Virus record (IMG/VR): IMGVR_UViG_3300045988_021153
Span: 1-41,572 of that record
DNA length: 41,572 bases
Strand: one strand, 5' to 3'
Source: a virus
Position numbers and translations under genes: made by a program. Under the pieces are notes generated by a model. That model searched no databases. It saw only the letters and a program-made list of their open reading frames with translations, and was not told the DNA's origin. Positions 20,710 to 29,723 of this stretch are shown here, in pieces. Numbering within the stretch: the stretch's first letter is position 1; every line of letters starts with the position of its first letter.

Positions 20710-22461
20710 ATGCGATACCCGGAGCTTACCGCGCCGGCGCAGAGCGAGCTGGTGACGGACACCTTCGCGGGCTACAACCACAACCTGCGCATCGGGGATG
20801 GGGAGTTTTACGAGATGGAAAATCTCACATCCAGCGACTATCCCCTGCTGTCGCAGCGCGAGCGGCGGGCGACCGTGATGAGCCTTGCAGGCGTGCAGGG
20901 GCTGCTTGCAAAGGATGCGCTGGCGTGGATCAAGGACGGGATCCTGTACTACAACGGCTTATCCATGGAGCCAGCCATGTACGGTGTAACGCTGACGGCG
21001 GGAGAAAAGCAGATGGTTTCGATGGGCGCGTATATCTGCGTGTTCCCGGACGGGTGGTATTTCAACACTGAGGACGACACGGACAACGGCTTTATGGGCC
21101 GCGAGAACGCGGTGAACTGCCAGCAGACGGCGCTGACGGTCAAGGTGTGCACGGTGGACGGACAGATCATCACGATCTCGCACCGGCAGCAGGCAATGCC
21201 GGAGAATCCGGCGAACGATGCGTACTGGCTCGACACGGGCAAGCACGAGCTCAAGCAGTGGAGTGCGGTGCAGAGCCAGTGGGTGAGCATCCCGACGGTG
21301 TACGTAAAGCTGGAGGCAAACGGCATCGGAGCGGGTTTCAAAAAGGGCGACGGCGTGCAGGTGAGCGGGCTCCAAGGGACGGAGCAGGTGAAGAAGCTGA
21401 ACGGCTCGCACGTTTTGCAGGATGTCGGAGACAACCACATCGTGATCATAGGGATCGTAGACGAGGACGCGAGCCAGAACACAGGGACGGTGAAGGCCGC
21501 GCGGCGCGTGCCGAAGATGGACTACATCACGGAGAGCGGGAACCGGCTCTGGGGCTGCCGGTACGGCGTGTCGGACGGAAAGACGGTGAACGAGCTGTAC
21601 TGCTGCAAGCTGGGCGACTTTAAGAACTGGGAGTGCTATCAGGGCGTGGCAACAGATTCCTGGCGCGCAAGCTGCGGCTCGGACGGGCGCTTTACGGGCG
21701 CGGCCACGCTGGCGGACAGCCCGATCTTTTTTAAGGAAGACTGCTTCCACCGCGTTTACCCGAGCGCGCAGGGCGCGCACCGTGTCGTGGAGCAGAAGGC
21801 TCGCGGCGTCCAGCGCGGCAGCGAGCGAAGCCTCACGGTGATCGCGGACAGGCTCTATTACAAGGCGCGAGACGGCGTGTGCGTTTACGACGGCTCACTC
21901 CCCTATCTGATCTCCGACGCCTTCGGAACGGAGCTGTACCGCAGGGCTGCCGCAGGCGGCGCGCGCGGGAAGTATTACATTTCGATGCAAAATGCGCAGG
22001 ACATATGGGAGTTATTTGTCTACGACACGCTCAAGGGGCTGTGGCACCGGGAGGATGTGCTGCATATCACGCAGTTCGCGGCGCTGGACGACGAGCTTTA
22101 CATGCTGCGAGACGATGGGACGCTCATGACGGCATACGGAAGCGGCGGGACGCTTGAGGATGCCGTGGCATGGAGCGCGACGAGCGGGATCATGACCTGC
22201 GGTCTGACGGGGAAAAAGTACATTTCGAGGCTGAATCTCCGGATGCAGCTGCCGGTCGGAAGCCGATGCGACTTCTGGATCGAGTACGACTCCGGCGGGC
22301 AGTGGGTGCACGCCGGGCACATGGAGGGATGGGGGATCCGGACGTTCCTGCTTCCGATCCGGCCGCAGAGATGCGACCATCTGCGGTTCCGCATGACGGG
22401 CAAGGGGCCGATCAAGCTATTCAGCCTCAGCCGCATTCTGGAAAGCGGCAGCGACGCATAA
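20710..22461 (+). CDS. Hypothetical 583-aa virion-module protein (repeat/propeller-like?)
   Basis: RBS gggagga. Tightly packed between terL and portal. Repeated strand-like segments (YYISMQN..WELFVYDTLKGLWHRED; DDELYMLRDDGTLMTAYG). Confidence 0.7.
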   Translation: MRYPELTAPAQSELVTDTFAGYNHNLRIGDGEFYEMENLTSSDYPLLSQRERRATVMSLAGVQGLLAKDALAWIKDGILYYNGLSMEPAMYGVTLTAGEKQMVSMGAYICVFPDGWYFNTEDDTDNGFMGRENAVNCQQTALTVKVCTVDGQIITISHRQQAMPENPANDAYWLDTGKHELKQWSAVQSQWVSIPTVYVKLEANGIGAGFKKGDGVQVSGLQGTEQVKKLNGSHVLQDVGDNHIVIIGIVDEDASQNTGTVKAARRVPKMDYITESGNRLWGCRYGVSDGKTVNELYCCKLGDFKNWECYQGVATDSWRASCGSDGRFTGAATLADSPIFFKEDCFHRVYPSAQGAHRVVEQKARGVQRGSERSLTVIADRLYYKARDGVCVYDGSLPYLISDAFGTELYRRAAAGGARGKYYISMQNAQDIWELFVYDTLKGLWHREDVLHITQFAALDDELYMLRDDGTLMTAYGSGGTLEDAVAWSATSGIMTCGLTGKKYISRLNLRMQLPVGSRCDFWIEYDSGGQWVHAGHMEGWGIRTFLLPIRPQRCDHLRFRMTGKGPIKLFSLSRILESGSDA

Positions 22462-22471
22462 GGAGGGAAAG

Positions 22472-24346
22472 ATGGAAAAAGACACGGGCATGACGCGCAT
22501 CACGGATGTGCTCGGCGCCGACGGAGCGGGCGATGCCATGCAGCCGGTCGGCGTGGCGCAGATCCGCACGGCGATGGAGACGCTCGAACAGTACAAGGCG
22601 AAGAAGGACGCGCTGGAGCAGCGCGTGATCGCCTCGGAGCAGTGGTGGAAGATGCAGCACTGGCAGAGAATGGACCCGAGCGGGAATCCATACGACCCGC
22701 AGTGGCGGTCGGCATGGCTGTTTAATGTGATTATGGGTAAGCACGCCGACGCGGTCGCGGCCTTCCCGGAGCCTGCAATCCGGCCGAGGGAGCCGGACGA
22801 CCGCGCGGAGGCCGGCATGCTGACATCCATTGTGCCGGTGATCCTCGAACAGAACGACTTCGAGGAGGTGTACTCCGATTCGTGCTGGACGAAGATGAAG
22901 CAGGGCACGCTGATCTGGGGCGTGTTCTGGGATGCTGGGAAGCTGAACGGGCTGGGTGACGTCTCCGTGAAGGAGATCGACATCCTGAATCTGTTCTGGG
23001 AGCCCGGCGTGACGGACATCCAAAAGAGCCGGAATCTGTTTTACACGGAGCTGGTCGACAACGACATCATCCGGCAGCGATACCCGCAGGTCGGAGACAG
23101 TCTCAAGGGGGACGGGACGTTTCTTGCGAAGTACAAGACGGACGATCAGGTGGACACGTCGAACAAGTCGCTCGTGGTGGACTGGTACTACAAGAAGATC
23201 GTGGACGGGAAAAGCGTGCTGCACTTTTGCAAGTTCGTGGGCGAGACGGTGCTCTCGGCGACGGAGAACGACCCGAACATGCAGGCGGGGCTTTACGACG
23301 ACGGGGACTATCCATTTGTGATCGATGCGCTGTTCCCGGTGAAGGGATCGGTTGCCGGATACGGCTACATCGACATCGGAAAAAGCGCACAGGCGCAGAT
23401 CGACCTGCTCAATCAGGCGATCATCAAAAACTCGGTGATGGCGTCCACGCCGCGCTGGTTCGTGCGGAACGACGGAAGCATCAACGAGAAGGAATACGCG
23501 GACTGGCGGAAGCCTTTTGTCCACACGGACGGAAATCTCGGGCAGGACTCCGTGCTGCCGATCACGGTCACGCCGCTATCGGGGAACTACATCAACGTCA
23601 TCCAGAACAAGATCGAGGAGCTCAAGTGGACGACCGGCAACACGGACGTGAACAACGGCTCGGTTTCCTCCGGCGTGACGGCAGCGAGCGCGATCGCCGC
23701 CTTGCAGGAGGCGTCCGGGCGGAGCTCCAAGGACGCGACACGATCGGCGTACCGCGCATACGCGCGGCTCATCCGCATGGTGATCGAGCGCATCCGGCAG
23801 TTTTACGATCTGCCGCGCAAGTTCCGCATCCGCGGGCAGCTCGGGACGGAGGAATACGTTACGTACTCCAACCAGAATCTCAAGCAGCAGGAGATGCTCG
23901 GGCTCGGCGGCGACGCCGTGTGGCGAAAGCCGGTTTTCGACATTGAGGTGTCCGCGCAAAAATCCTCGGAGTACACGAGGCTCAGCCAGAACGAGCTGGC
24001 GCTACAGTTCTATCAGCTCGGCTTCTTCGATCCGGCGCGGACGGATCAGGCGCTGGCGACGCTCGACATGATGGACTTCGACGGAAAGGACGAGATCAGC
24101 CAGAAGATCGCGCAGAACGGGACGATCCAGCAGGAGCTGGCAAAGTGGCAGGAGATGGCGCTGGCGCTCGCGGAGCGGTACGACCCGGCCATGGCGGACG
24201 GGCTGGCACAGCAGATCATGGGAGCGGGCGGCGCGGCGCAGCCGGTGGCCGGAGGAAGCGCGGCAGGAATGCCGAACGCAGAGGCAGAGGCAAAGAATGT
24301 GACGGACGCGCGCGAGCAGGCGCAAAAGAGCACGCAGCCGGAATGA
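22472..24346 (+). CDS. Portal protein (podovirus head-to-tail connector type)
   Basis: 624 aa. RBS aaggaggg. Position is before the scaffold and capsid genes. Acidic, flexible C-terminus. Confidence 0.85.
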   Translation: MEKDTGMTRITDVLGADGAGDAMQPVGVAQIRTAMETLEQYKAKKDALEQRVIASEQWWKMQHWQRMDPSGNPYDPQWRSAWLFNVIMGKHADAVAAFPEPAIRPREPDDRAEAGMLTSIVPVILEQNDFEEVYSDSCWTKMKQGTLIWGVFWDAGKLNGLGDVSVKEIDILNLFWEPGVTDIQKSRNLFYTELVDNDIIRQRYPQVGDSLKGDGTFLAKYKTDDQVDTSNKSLVVDWYYKKIVDGKSVLHFCKFVGETVLSATENDPNMQAGLYDDGDYPFVIDALFPVKGSVAGYGYIDIGKSAQAQIDLLNQAIIKNSVMASTPRWFVRNDGSINEKEYADWRKPFVHTDGNLGQDSVLPITVTPLSGNYINVIQNKIEELKWTTGNTDVNNGSVSSGVTAASAIAALQEASGRSSKDATRSAYRAYARLIRMVIERIRQFYDLPRKFRIRGQLGTEEYVTYSNQNLKQQEMLGLGGDAVWRKPVFDIEVSAQKSSEYTRLSQNELALQFYQLGFFDPARTDQALATLDMMDFDGKDEISQKIAQNGTIQQELAKWQEMALALAERYDPAMADGLAQQIMGAGGAAQPVAGGSAAGMPNAEAEAKNVTDAREQAQKSTQPE

Positions 24347-24415
24347 GAATCGGACGCGCATGGCGCGACGAGATAAATTTAAGGGGTCGCCCACCGACGG
24401 GCAGAAAGGAGCAAC

Positions 24416-25282
24416 ATGCTTCACAGATCTATTTTTCAGTTTTTCGCCGCCGATGACGGCGGCACGGGCAGTATTGCGGCAGTCGCCCAGCCGGACGCGA
24501 GCAGCGGCCAGAACGGGGCAACCGGAGCGCCGGAGGCAGGCCAGACAGCACCCGTCGCTCAGGTGCAGCAGGCAGAGAGCTTTGAGGATCTGATCAAGGG
24601 CAGGTACAAGGCAGACTACGAGCGCAGCGTGAAGGCTGCCGTCTCGGAGCGGCTCAAGGGCACCAAGCGCACAATCAGCCGCTTCTCCCCCATTCTCGAT
24701 GTGCTGGGGCAGCAGTACGGCATCGACGTCTCCGATCCGGAAAAGATCGACTATGACGCGCTGACCAGAATGCTGACCGACGACAAGCGGCTCTATGAGC
24801 AGGAGGCTCTGGAAAAGGGCATCCCGCTGGAGACCCTGATGCACATGAAGCAGGTGGAGCGGCAGAACGCGGCGCTGCAGCGCGAGAACGCGGCAGCGCA
24901 GGGCGAGATGCAGCGGCGGGCGGAGTTTGACCGCATCGTCGGAGAGTTCGCGGAGGTACAGGCGCTGTACCCCGGCGCAGATCTGGCGGTAGAGCTGGCA
25001 AACCCGAGCTTCGGACGGCTCGTCTCAAACGGCGTTCCGGCGCGCACGGCTTATGAAGTCCTGCACCAGCAGGAGATCAATGCCGCGCGGACGCGCATGG
25101 TCGCGCAGGCGGCGCAGCAGCAGGCCGTGGCCGGGATTCAGGCAAACGGCATGCGCCCGCAGGAGGGCGCGGCAAACGCAGGCGCCGGAGTCCCTGTACA
25201 GTTTGACCCTCGAAAGCTCACAAAACAGCAGCGCGAGGAAATTCGCGCAAGGGTGAGACGGGGCGACAACATCGTTTTGTAA
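24416..25282 (+). CDS. Scaffolding protein
   Basis: 288 aa, alpha-helical, Q/E/A-rich, lying between portal and capsid. Confidence 0.65.
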   Translation: MLHRSIFQFFAADDGGTGSIAAVAQPDASSGQNGATGAPEAGQTAPVAQVQQAESFEDLIKGRYKADYERSVKAAVSERLKGTKRTISRFSPILDVLGQQYGIDVSDPEKIDYDALTRMLTDDKRLYEQEALEKGIPLETLMHMKQVERQNAALQRENAAAQGEMQRRAEFDRIVGEFAEVQALYPGADLAVELANPSFGRLVSNGVPARTAYEVLHQQEINAARTRMVAQAAQQQAVAGIQANGMRPQEGAANAGAGVPVQFDPRKLTKQQREEIRARVRRGDNIVL

Positions 25283-25302
25283 GCCCCGGGAAGGGAGCAT
25301 AA

Positions 25303-26379
25303 ATGAAACTTTTTGGCAAGGCATTTCAGGTATTTTTCGCGCCGGACGCAGGTACGCTCGTCAACGCGACCGATACCTACGTAAACGCATACACGGGCGA
25401 GAAGACGGCGTTCTCGGCGCCGAACGATCTTTCGTCCACGATGAAGACCTACTACGACACGGAGCTTCTGGAGAACGCGCGGCCGAATCTGATCCACGCG
25501 CAGTTCGCTCGAAAGCAGCCGCTGCCGAAGGGCCGCGGCAAGAGTGTCGAGTGGCGCAAGTGGAACACGCTGGCGGATGCGCCGGCACTGCAGGAGGGCG
25601 TGATCCCGACAGGCCAGAAGCTCGGCCAGTCGAGCATGACGAGCGCCATCGTTCAGCACGGCACCTACGTCACGGTGTCCGACCAGCTGGAGCTGCACGC
25701 GATCGACAACGTGATCCTCGGCGCGACCGAGGAGCTTGGCGCATCGGCGGGCACCACGCAGGACAAGCTCGTGCGCGACACGCTGGCGGCCGGCACGAAC
25801 GTCCAGTACTGCGACAAGGTCAGCGAAGATGGCGCACACACAAAGGTCGAGAGCCGCGCGACGATGGACAAGACCTCCCGCCTGACGCCGACGGAGGTAA
25901 ACAAGGCCGTCACCACGCTCAAGAAGCTGAAGGCCCCGAAGATCAGCGGCAAGTATGTCGCCATCATCCATCCGTCCGTTACGTTCGACATCCGAGAGAA
26001 CAAGGACTGGATCGAGGCGCACAAGTACGCCGATGTGACGCCGCTGTTTGACGGCGAGATCGGCGAGCTGCACGGCGTGCGCTTCATTGAGACGACGGAG
26101 GCAAAGATTTGGTGCGACAGCACCTGCCCGACGAAGACCGGCGGCAACCTCTGCGTGTACTCCACGCTGTTCCTCGGCAAGGACGCATTCGGCATGATCG
26201 ACCCGGAGGGCGGCGGCCTTGAAATGATCATCAAGAGCAAGGAGCAGGCAGGCGGCCCGCTGAACCAGTTCAGCACGCTCGGCTATAAGTTCTCCACCGC
26301 GACGAAGATCCTGTATCAGGAGCGCATGGTGCGCGTGGAGAGCACTTCCGCCTACTCGGAGACGGACGAGAAAAACTAA
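25303..26379 (+). CDS. Major capsid protein (N4-gp56-like, HK97 fold)
   Basis: 358 aa. YYDTELLENARPNLIHAQFARKQPLPKGRGKSVEWRKWNTL matches my memory of the N4-gp56 capsid family signature. Confidence 0.85.
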   Translation: MKLFGKAFQVFFAPDAGTLVNATDTYVNAYTGEKTAFSAPNDLSSTMKTYYDTELLENARPNLIHAQFARKQPLPKGRGKSVEWRKWNTLADAPALQEGVIPTGQKLGQSSMTSAIVQHGTYVTVSDQLELHAIDNVILGATEELGASAGTTQDKLVRDTLAAGTNVQYCDKVSEDGAHTKVESRATMDKTSRLTPTEVNKAVTTLKKLKAPKISGKYVAIIHPSVTFDIRENKDWIEAHKYADVTPLFDGEIGELHGVRFIETTEAKIWCDSTCPTKTGGNLCVYSTLFLGKDAFGMIDPEGGGLEMIIKSKEQAGGPLNQFSTLGYKFSTATKILYQERMVRVESTSAYSETDEKN

Positions 26380-26391
26380 GGAGGCAGCAGC

Positions 26392-26616
26392 ATGGCAGAG
26401 GTAAAGGACACGAAGGCCGCAACGAAGACTGTGTTTTTGCACAGAGCGTCGGAGACGGAGCAGCAGTTTGAATTTGTCTGCGTGAACGGCAAGGCCTATC
26501 AGGTGCCGCGCGGAAAGCCAGTGGAGGTGCCGCTGGCGGTGGCCGAGGTGCTGGAGCACGCGCAGATGCAGGAGGCAGAGCTTTTCGAGCGCGTGAGCGC
26601 GATGCAGAAGCAGTGA
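26392..26616 (+). CDS. Small head-associated protein
   Basis: RBS aaggagg. 74 aa, directly after the capsid gene and before a terminator. Confidence 0.6.
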   Translation: MAEVKDTKAATKTVFLHRASETEQQFEFVCVNGKAYQVPRGKPVEVPLAVAEVLEHAQMQEAELFERVSAMQKQ

Positions 26617-26622
26617 TACGGA

Positions 26623-26646
26623 GGGGCGCGCAAGCGCCCCTTTTTC
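26623..26646 (+). terminator. Intrinsic terminator after the capsid operon
   Basis: ggggcgc-gcaa-gcgcccc followed by ttttt. Confidence 0.85.
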
Positions 26647-26667
26647 AGAAGAAAGGAGGCGGCGCGC

Positions 26668-27120
26668 ATGACAATCCGAGAGGCGATCGAGGCCGTAGAC
26701 CGGCTGACGCCGAATCAATATGAGAACATCGACAAGGTCCGCTGGCTGAGCGAGCTGGACGGCGTCGTTTATCTGGAAATAGAAAAAACACACGGGAGCG
26801 GGAATCCCGTGTGCGAGCCGTGGGTGCGGACGCGCGATCCGTTTGACCGGGAATGGTGCGGATGCACGCAGCCGGCGCAGGATGAACAAACGTTCGCAGG
26901 GTATCCGGAGGCAGTCGATCTGGACACGGTGCTGCGCGTGCCGTGGCCGTATGACGAGATCTACCGCTGGTACCTTGAAATGAAGATCGCGGACGCAAAC
27001 GGAGAAATGACGCGGTACAACAACGCCATGGCAAAGTACAACGCATACTACACGGCGTATCAGGACTTCTACAACCGAACGAACATGCCGAAAATGACGG
27101 CCCCGTTCATCCATCTGTGA
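26668..27120 (+). CDS. Putative head-tail adaptor
   Basis: 150 aa. VPWPYDEIYRWYLEMKIADANGEMTRYNNAMAKYNAYYTAYQDFYNR is a pattern seen in gp6-like connector proteins. Confidence 0.55.
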   Translation: MTIREAIEAVDRLTPNQYENIDKVRWLSELDGVVYLEIEKTHGSGNPVCEPWVRTRDPFDREWCGCTQPAQDEQTFAGYPEAVDLDTVLRVPWPYDEIYRWYLEMKIADANGEMTRYNNAMAKYNAYYTAYQDFYNRTNMPKMTAPFIHL

Positions 27121-27127
27121 GGCGCAT

Positions 27128-28399
27128 ATGGGGAGCCTGACTTTACAGTACCCGCCGATGAGCGGCGGCGATGCCGCGCAGCAGCTCGACGGCCTGCGGC
27201 GGTATCTGATGCAGATGGCCGACACGCTCAACGGAGCGGACTGGTCGGCGGGCGCGGTGCTGACGGAGATCTCGCAGGCGATCGACGCAGAAAGCCTTGC
27301 AGAGCAGGAGCGGCAGACGGAGCTTGCCGGGTACGCGGCGCTCAAGACGCTGATCATCAAGACGGCGGACTTCGCGGCCGAGAACTCCGAGGCGTTCCGG
27401 CTCAAGCTGAGCGGGAACTATGTGGCGGTGTCCGACTTCGGGAGGTACTGGCAGGAGGCCAGCATGACCGTGGACGGGAACGAGTTCGGCATCCGGCAAC
27501 TCTACGAATACGCGGCGGGCGTGAACAATGCGTTCACGGTGAACTCGAAGCAGTATGTCAAAACGGGGCTTTTGTACTACGACGGCGTGAAGCCCGTGTA
27601 CGGCGTGGGCGTCGGAAACATCGAGACGACGGTCGCGAACGAGAACGAGGTGATCGACAAGTCCCGCAACGAGCTTGTGACCGTGACGCCGGGGCGCGTG
27701 AGCTTCTGGCAGGACGGGAGCGAGGTTGCCTATTTGTCGGAGAAGAAGCTCCACTTCCCTGCCGGAACGCTGGAGGCATACAGCGCGACGCTGACGGGCA
27801 AAATCACGGCGTCAGCCGGATCGAGCTTCGGGCCGTGGAGCATCTCCGAGAGCAGCATATACCGCACCGACAACACATGGGGCGGCGCGGGGCTGTATTT
27901 CGGGACGAGCGGGCTTTCCATCAAGTCCGCCTTCAAGGTGGACGCGGACGGGAAGCTGACCGCGACGGGCGCGGACATTACAGGAACGGTAAGAGCGAAC
28001 GACCTGCTGATCGGAAGTGCGGCCGGAGGCTATTCCAGCATTAAAACGCAGCTGCGGTCGCTGGTGGACGATGTGGCGGAGCTCTCCGCGCTGGCGGCGA
28101 CGGTAAGCGTAGACAAGTACGGCACGCTCACGTCGCTCGACCTGAACATCGGAAACCGCGGTTACATCAGCATCACCGGCGCATCGACCGCGTTCACGGC
28201 AATGGAGCTTTTCAGCTACGGTGCGGTGCGCATCCTGGCGGACAGCGGCGCGGTGTATCTGGCGCTGAGCGACAACAGCGCGTACATCCAGATCGCGGCG
28301 TCCGGGGAAATCAGCATGAAAGGAAAGAGCCTTAAATTTAACGGCGCGGAGATCAACACTGCGGGAGGCGCAGTGCAGACCACGAAGGAGGAGGCATGA
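27128..28399 (+). CDS. Tail structural protein (nozzle/tubular-type by position)
   Basis: 423 aa, beta-rich, in the position of T7 gp11/12. Confidence 0.6.
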   Translation: MGSLTLQYPPMSGGDAAQQLDGLRRYLMQMADTLNGADWSAGAVLTEISQAIDAESLAEQERQTELAGYAALKTLIIKTADFAAENSEAFRLKLSGNYVAVSDFGRYWQEASMTVDGNEFGIRQLYEYAAGVNNAFTVNSKQYVKTGLLYYDGVKPVYGVGVGNIETTVANENEVIDKSRNELVTVTPGRVSFWQDGSEVAYLSEKKLHFPAGTLEAYSATLTGKITASAGSSFGPWSISESSIYRTDNTWGGAGLYFGTSGLSIKSAFKVDADGKLTATGADITGTVRANDLLIGSAAGGYSSIKTQLRSLVDDVAELSALAATVSVDKYGTLTSLDLNIGNRGYISITGASTAFTAMELFSYGAVRILADSGAVYLALSDNSAYIQIAASGEISMKGKSLKFNGAEINTAGGAVQTTKEEA

Positions 28400-28602
28400 T
28401 GGTAAGAGAGGTAAAAACGCTGCGGCGGAAGGTCGCCGAGGCGCTGAATGAATCAAAGCTGCCGCCGGTCGTGGCGCAGCTGGTGCTCGACAGCATTCGG
28501 ACGGAGCTGCAGAGCATCGTGCAGATGCAGGAGGCGGCGGAGGCGGTGGCGCCGCCGGAGGAGAAGGAGGCAGAGGACGATGGCTCTTTACAGGGTAAAT
28601 GA
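28396..28602 (+). CDS. Small hypothetical virion-module protein
   Basis: 68 aa, with ATGA overlap to the upstream gene. Confidence 0.5.
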   Translation: MMVREVKTLRRKVAEALNESKLPPVVAQLVLDSIRTELQSIVQMQEAAEAVAPPEEKEAEDDGSLQGK

Positions 28603-29713
28603 AAACGGCAAGGCCCCTGCCGGGCTTGGCGTGGGCGACGAGGTCGTTACCGCGGGCGGCACGTACCGCATCGACAGCGTCGGCCCGGACGGGCAGTACA
28701 AATCGACGCTCGTGAACCGAAATCAGACCACGCAGAGCTATCAGGGCGGCTATGCGAGCCGGAACACGCTGCCGGGATATTCGGACTACACGGCGGGCAG
28801 GCTCGGAACGCTCGAACGGGGCTACTCCCCTTCCGGCGCGGTATCGCAGGCAAAGGCGTATTTGCAGCAGGTGCAGAGCCGGAGGCCGGGGGCATATCAG
28901 TCGCGCTGGGACGCGGAGCTGGATAAGCTCTACGACCAGATCACGAACCGGAAGCCCTTTCGGTACGACCTCAATCAGGATGCGCTCTATCAGCAGTACA
29001 AGGAGCAGTATCAGAGGCTCGGCCGGCAGGCCATGGAGGACACGATGGGGCAGGCGGCGAGCCTGACGGGCGGCTACGGCTCGACCTACTCGGAGCAGGT
29101 GGGCCAGCAGGCGTACAATGCGTATCTCCAGAGCCTCAACGACATCGTGCCGGATCTCTACGACCGGGCGTATGGCCGGTATCGGGACGAGGGGCAGGAT
29201 CTCTACAACCGGTACGGGCTGGTCGAGGGGCGCGAGAACATGGATTACAGCAAGTACCGCGACACGGTATCGGACTACTACAGCGACCTCGCGGATGCGC
29301 GGAGCGCCTACGACTCGGAGTGGAGCCGCGACTACACGCAGTACTCCGATCAGCTGAGCTACTGGGCGCAGAAGGCCGCGCGGGAGCAGGCCTTCTGGCA
29401 GTCGCAGCAGGCGAAGGCCTCCGGAGGCGGTGGCGGCGGCGGTGGCGGAAGCAAGGCCGGCACCGGAAACGGCAAGGGATACATCGACAACACATACAAC
29501 AGCGGCGGCGCGGGCGGTGCGGCCGCGAAGACATACGATCAGCTCAAGCGAGGGCTGAGAGAGTGGATCGCGGCAGGACAGCCGGAAAAGGCGTATGAGC
29601 TGTTTGTGAGCATGGCGGGGCAGCTGAATCTCAGCGATGCGAAGGGCAGAAAACAGTACAACGAGCTTGCGGCAATACTGAACAAGGCGGGGTACGGCAT
29701 CCCGATGGAGTAA
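28580..29713 (+). CDS. Y/Q-rich internal virion protein candidate
   Basis: RBS gaaggagg precedes the ATG at 28580. 377 aa. Repeated Y-x-x-Y/Q segments and a G9 run (SGGGGGGGGGS). Confidence 0.65.
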   Translation: MALYRVNENGKAPAGLGVGDEVVTAGGTYRIDSVGPDGQYKSTLVNRNQTTQSYQGGYASRNTLPGYSDYTAGRLGTLERGYSPSGAVSQAKAYLQQVQSRRPGAYQSRWDAELDKLYDQITNRKPFRYDLNQDALYQQYKEQYQRLGRQAMEDTMGQAASLTGGYGSTYSEQVGQQAYNAYLQSLNDIVPDLYDRAYGRYRDEGQDLYNRYGLVEGRENMDYSKYRDTVSDYYSDLADARSAYDSEWSRDYTQYSDQLSYWAQKAAREQAFWQSQQAKASGGGGGGGGGSKAGTGNGKGYIDNTYNSGGAGGAAAKTYDQLKRGLREWIAAGQPEKAYELFVSMAGQLNLSDAKGRKQYNELAAILNKAGYGIPME

Positions 29714-29723
29714 GGAGAACGAG

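Noticed and set aside
25138-27405. 755-aa minus-strand ORF. Similar very long antisense ORFs occur at 27812..29890, 31464..33773, 37665..39284, 1272..2507, 5748..6750 and 19846..20598.
   Set aside because: They lie antisense to well-supported structural genes. They are extremely Arg/Ala/Pro/His-rich with no recognisable motifs or ribosome binding sites. This is the typical stop-codon-poor shadow frame of GC-rich coding DNA.
28396-28602. A possible programmed frameshift joining the 68-aa ORF to the overlapping frame (open from 28448), upstream of the giant gene, by analogy with tail chaperone G/GT.
   Set aside because: It would require a +1 shift, and I saw no slippery heptamer. The downstream ORF has its own strong RBS and ATG at 28580. 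The phage also lacks other siphovirus tail genes.
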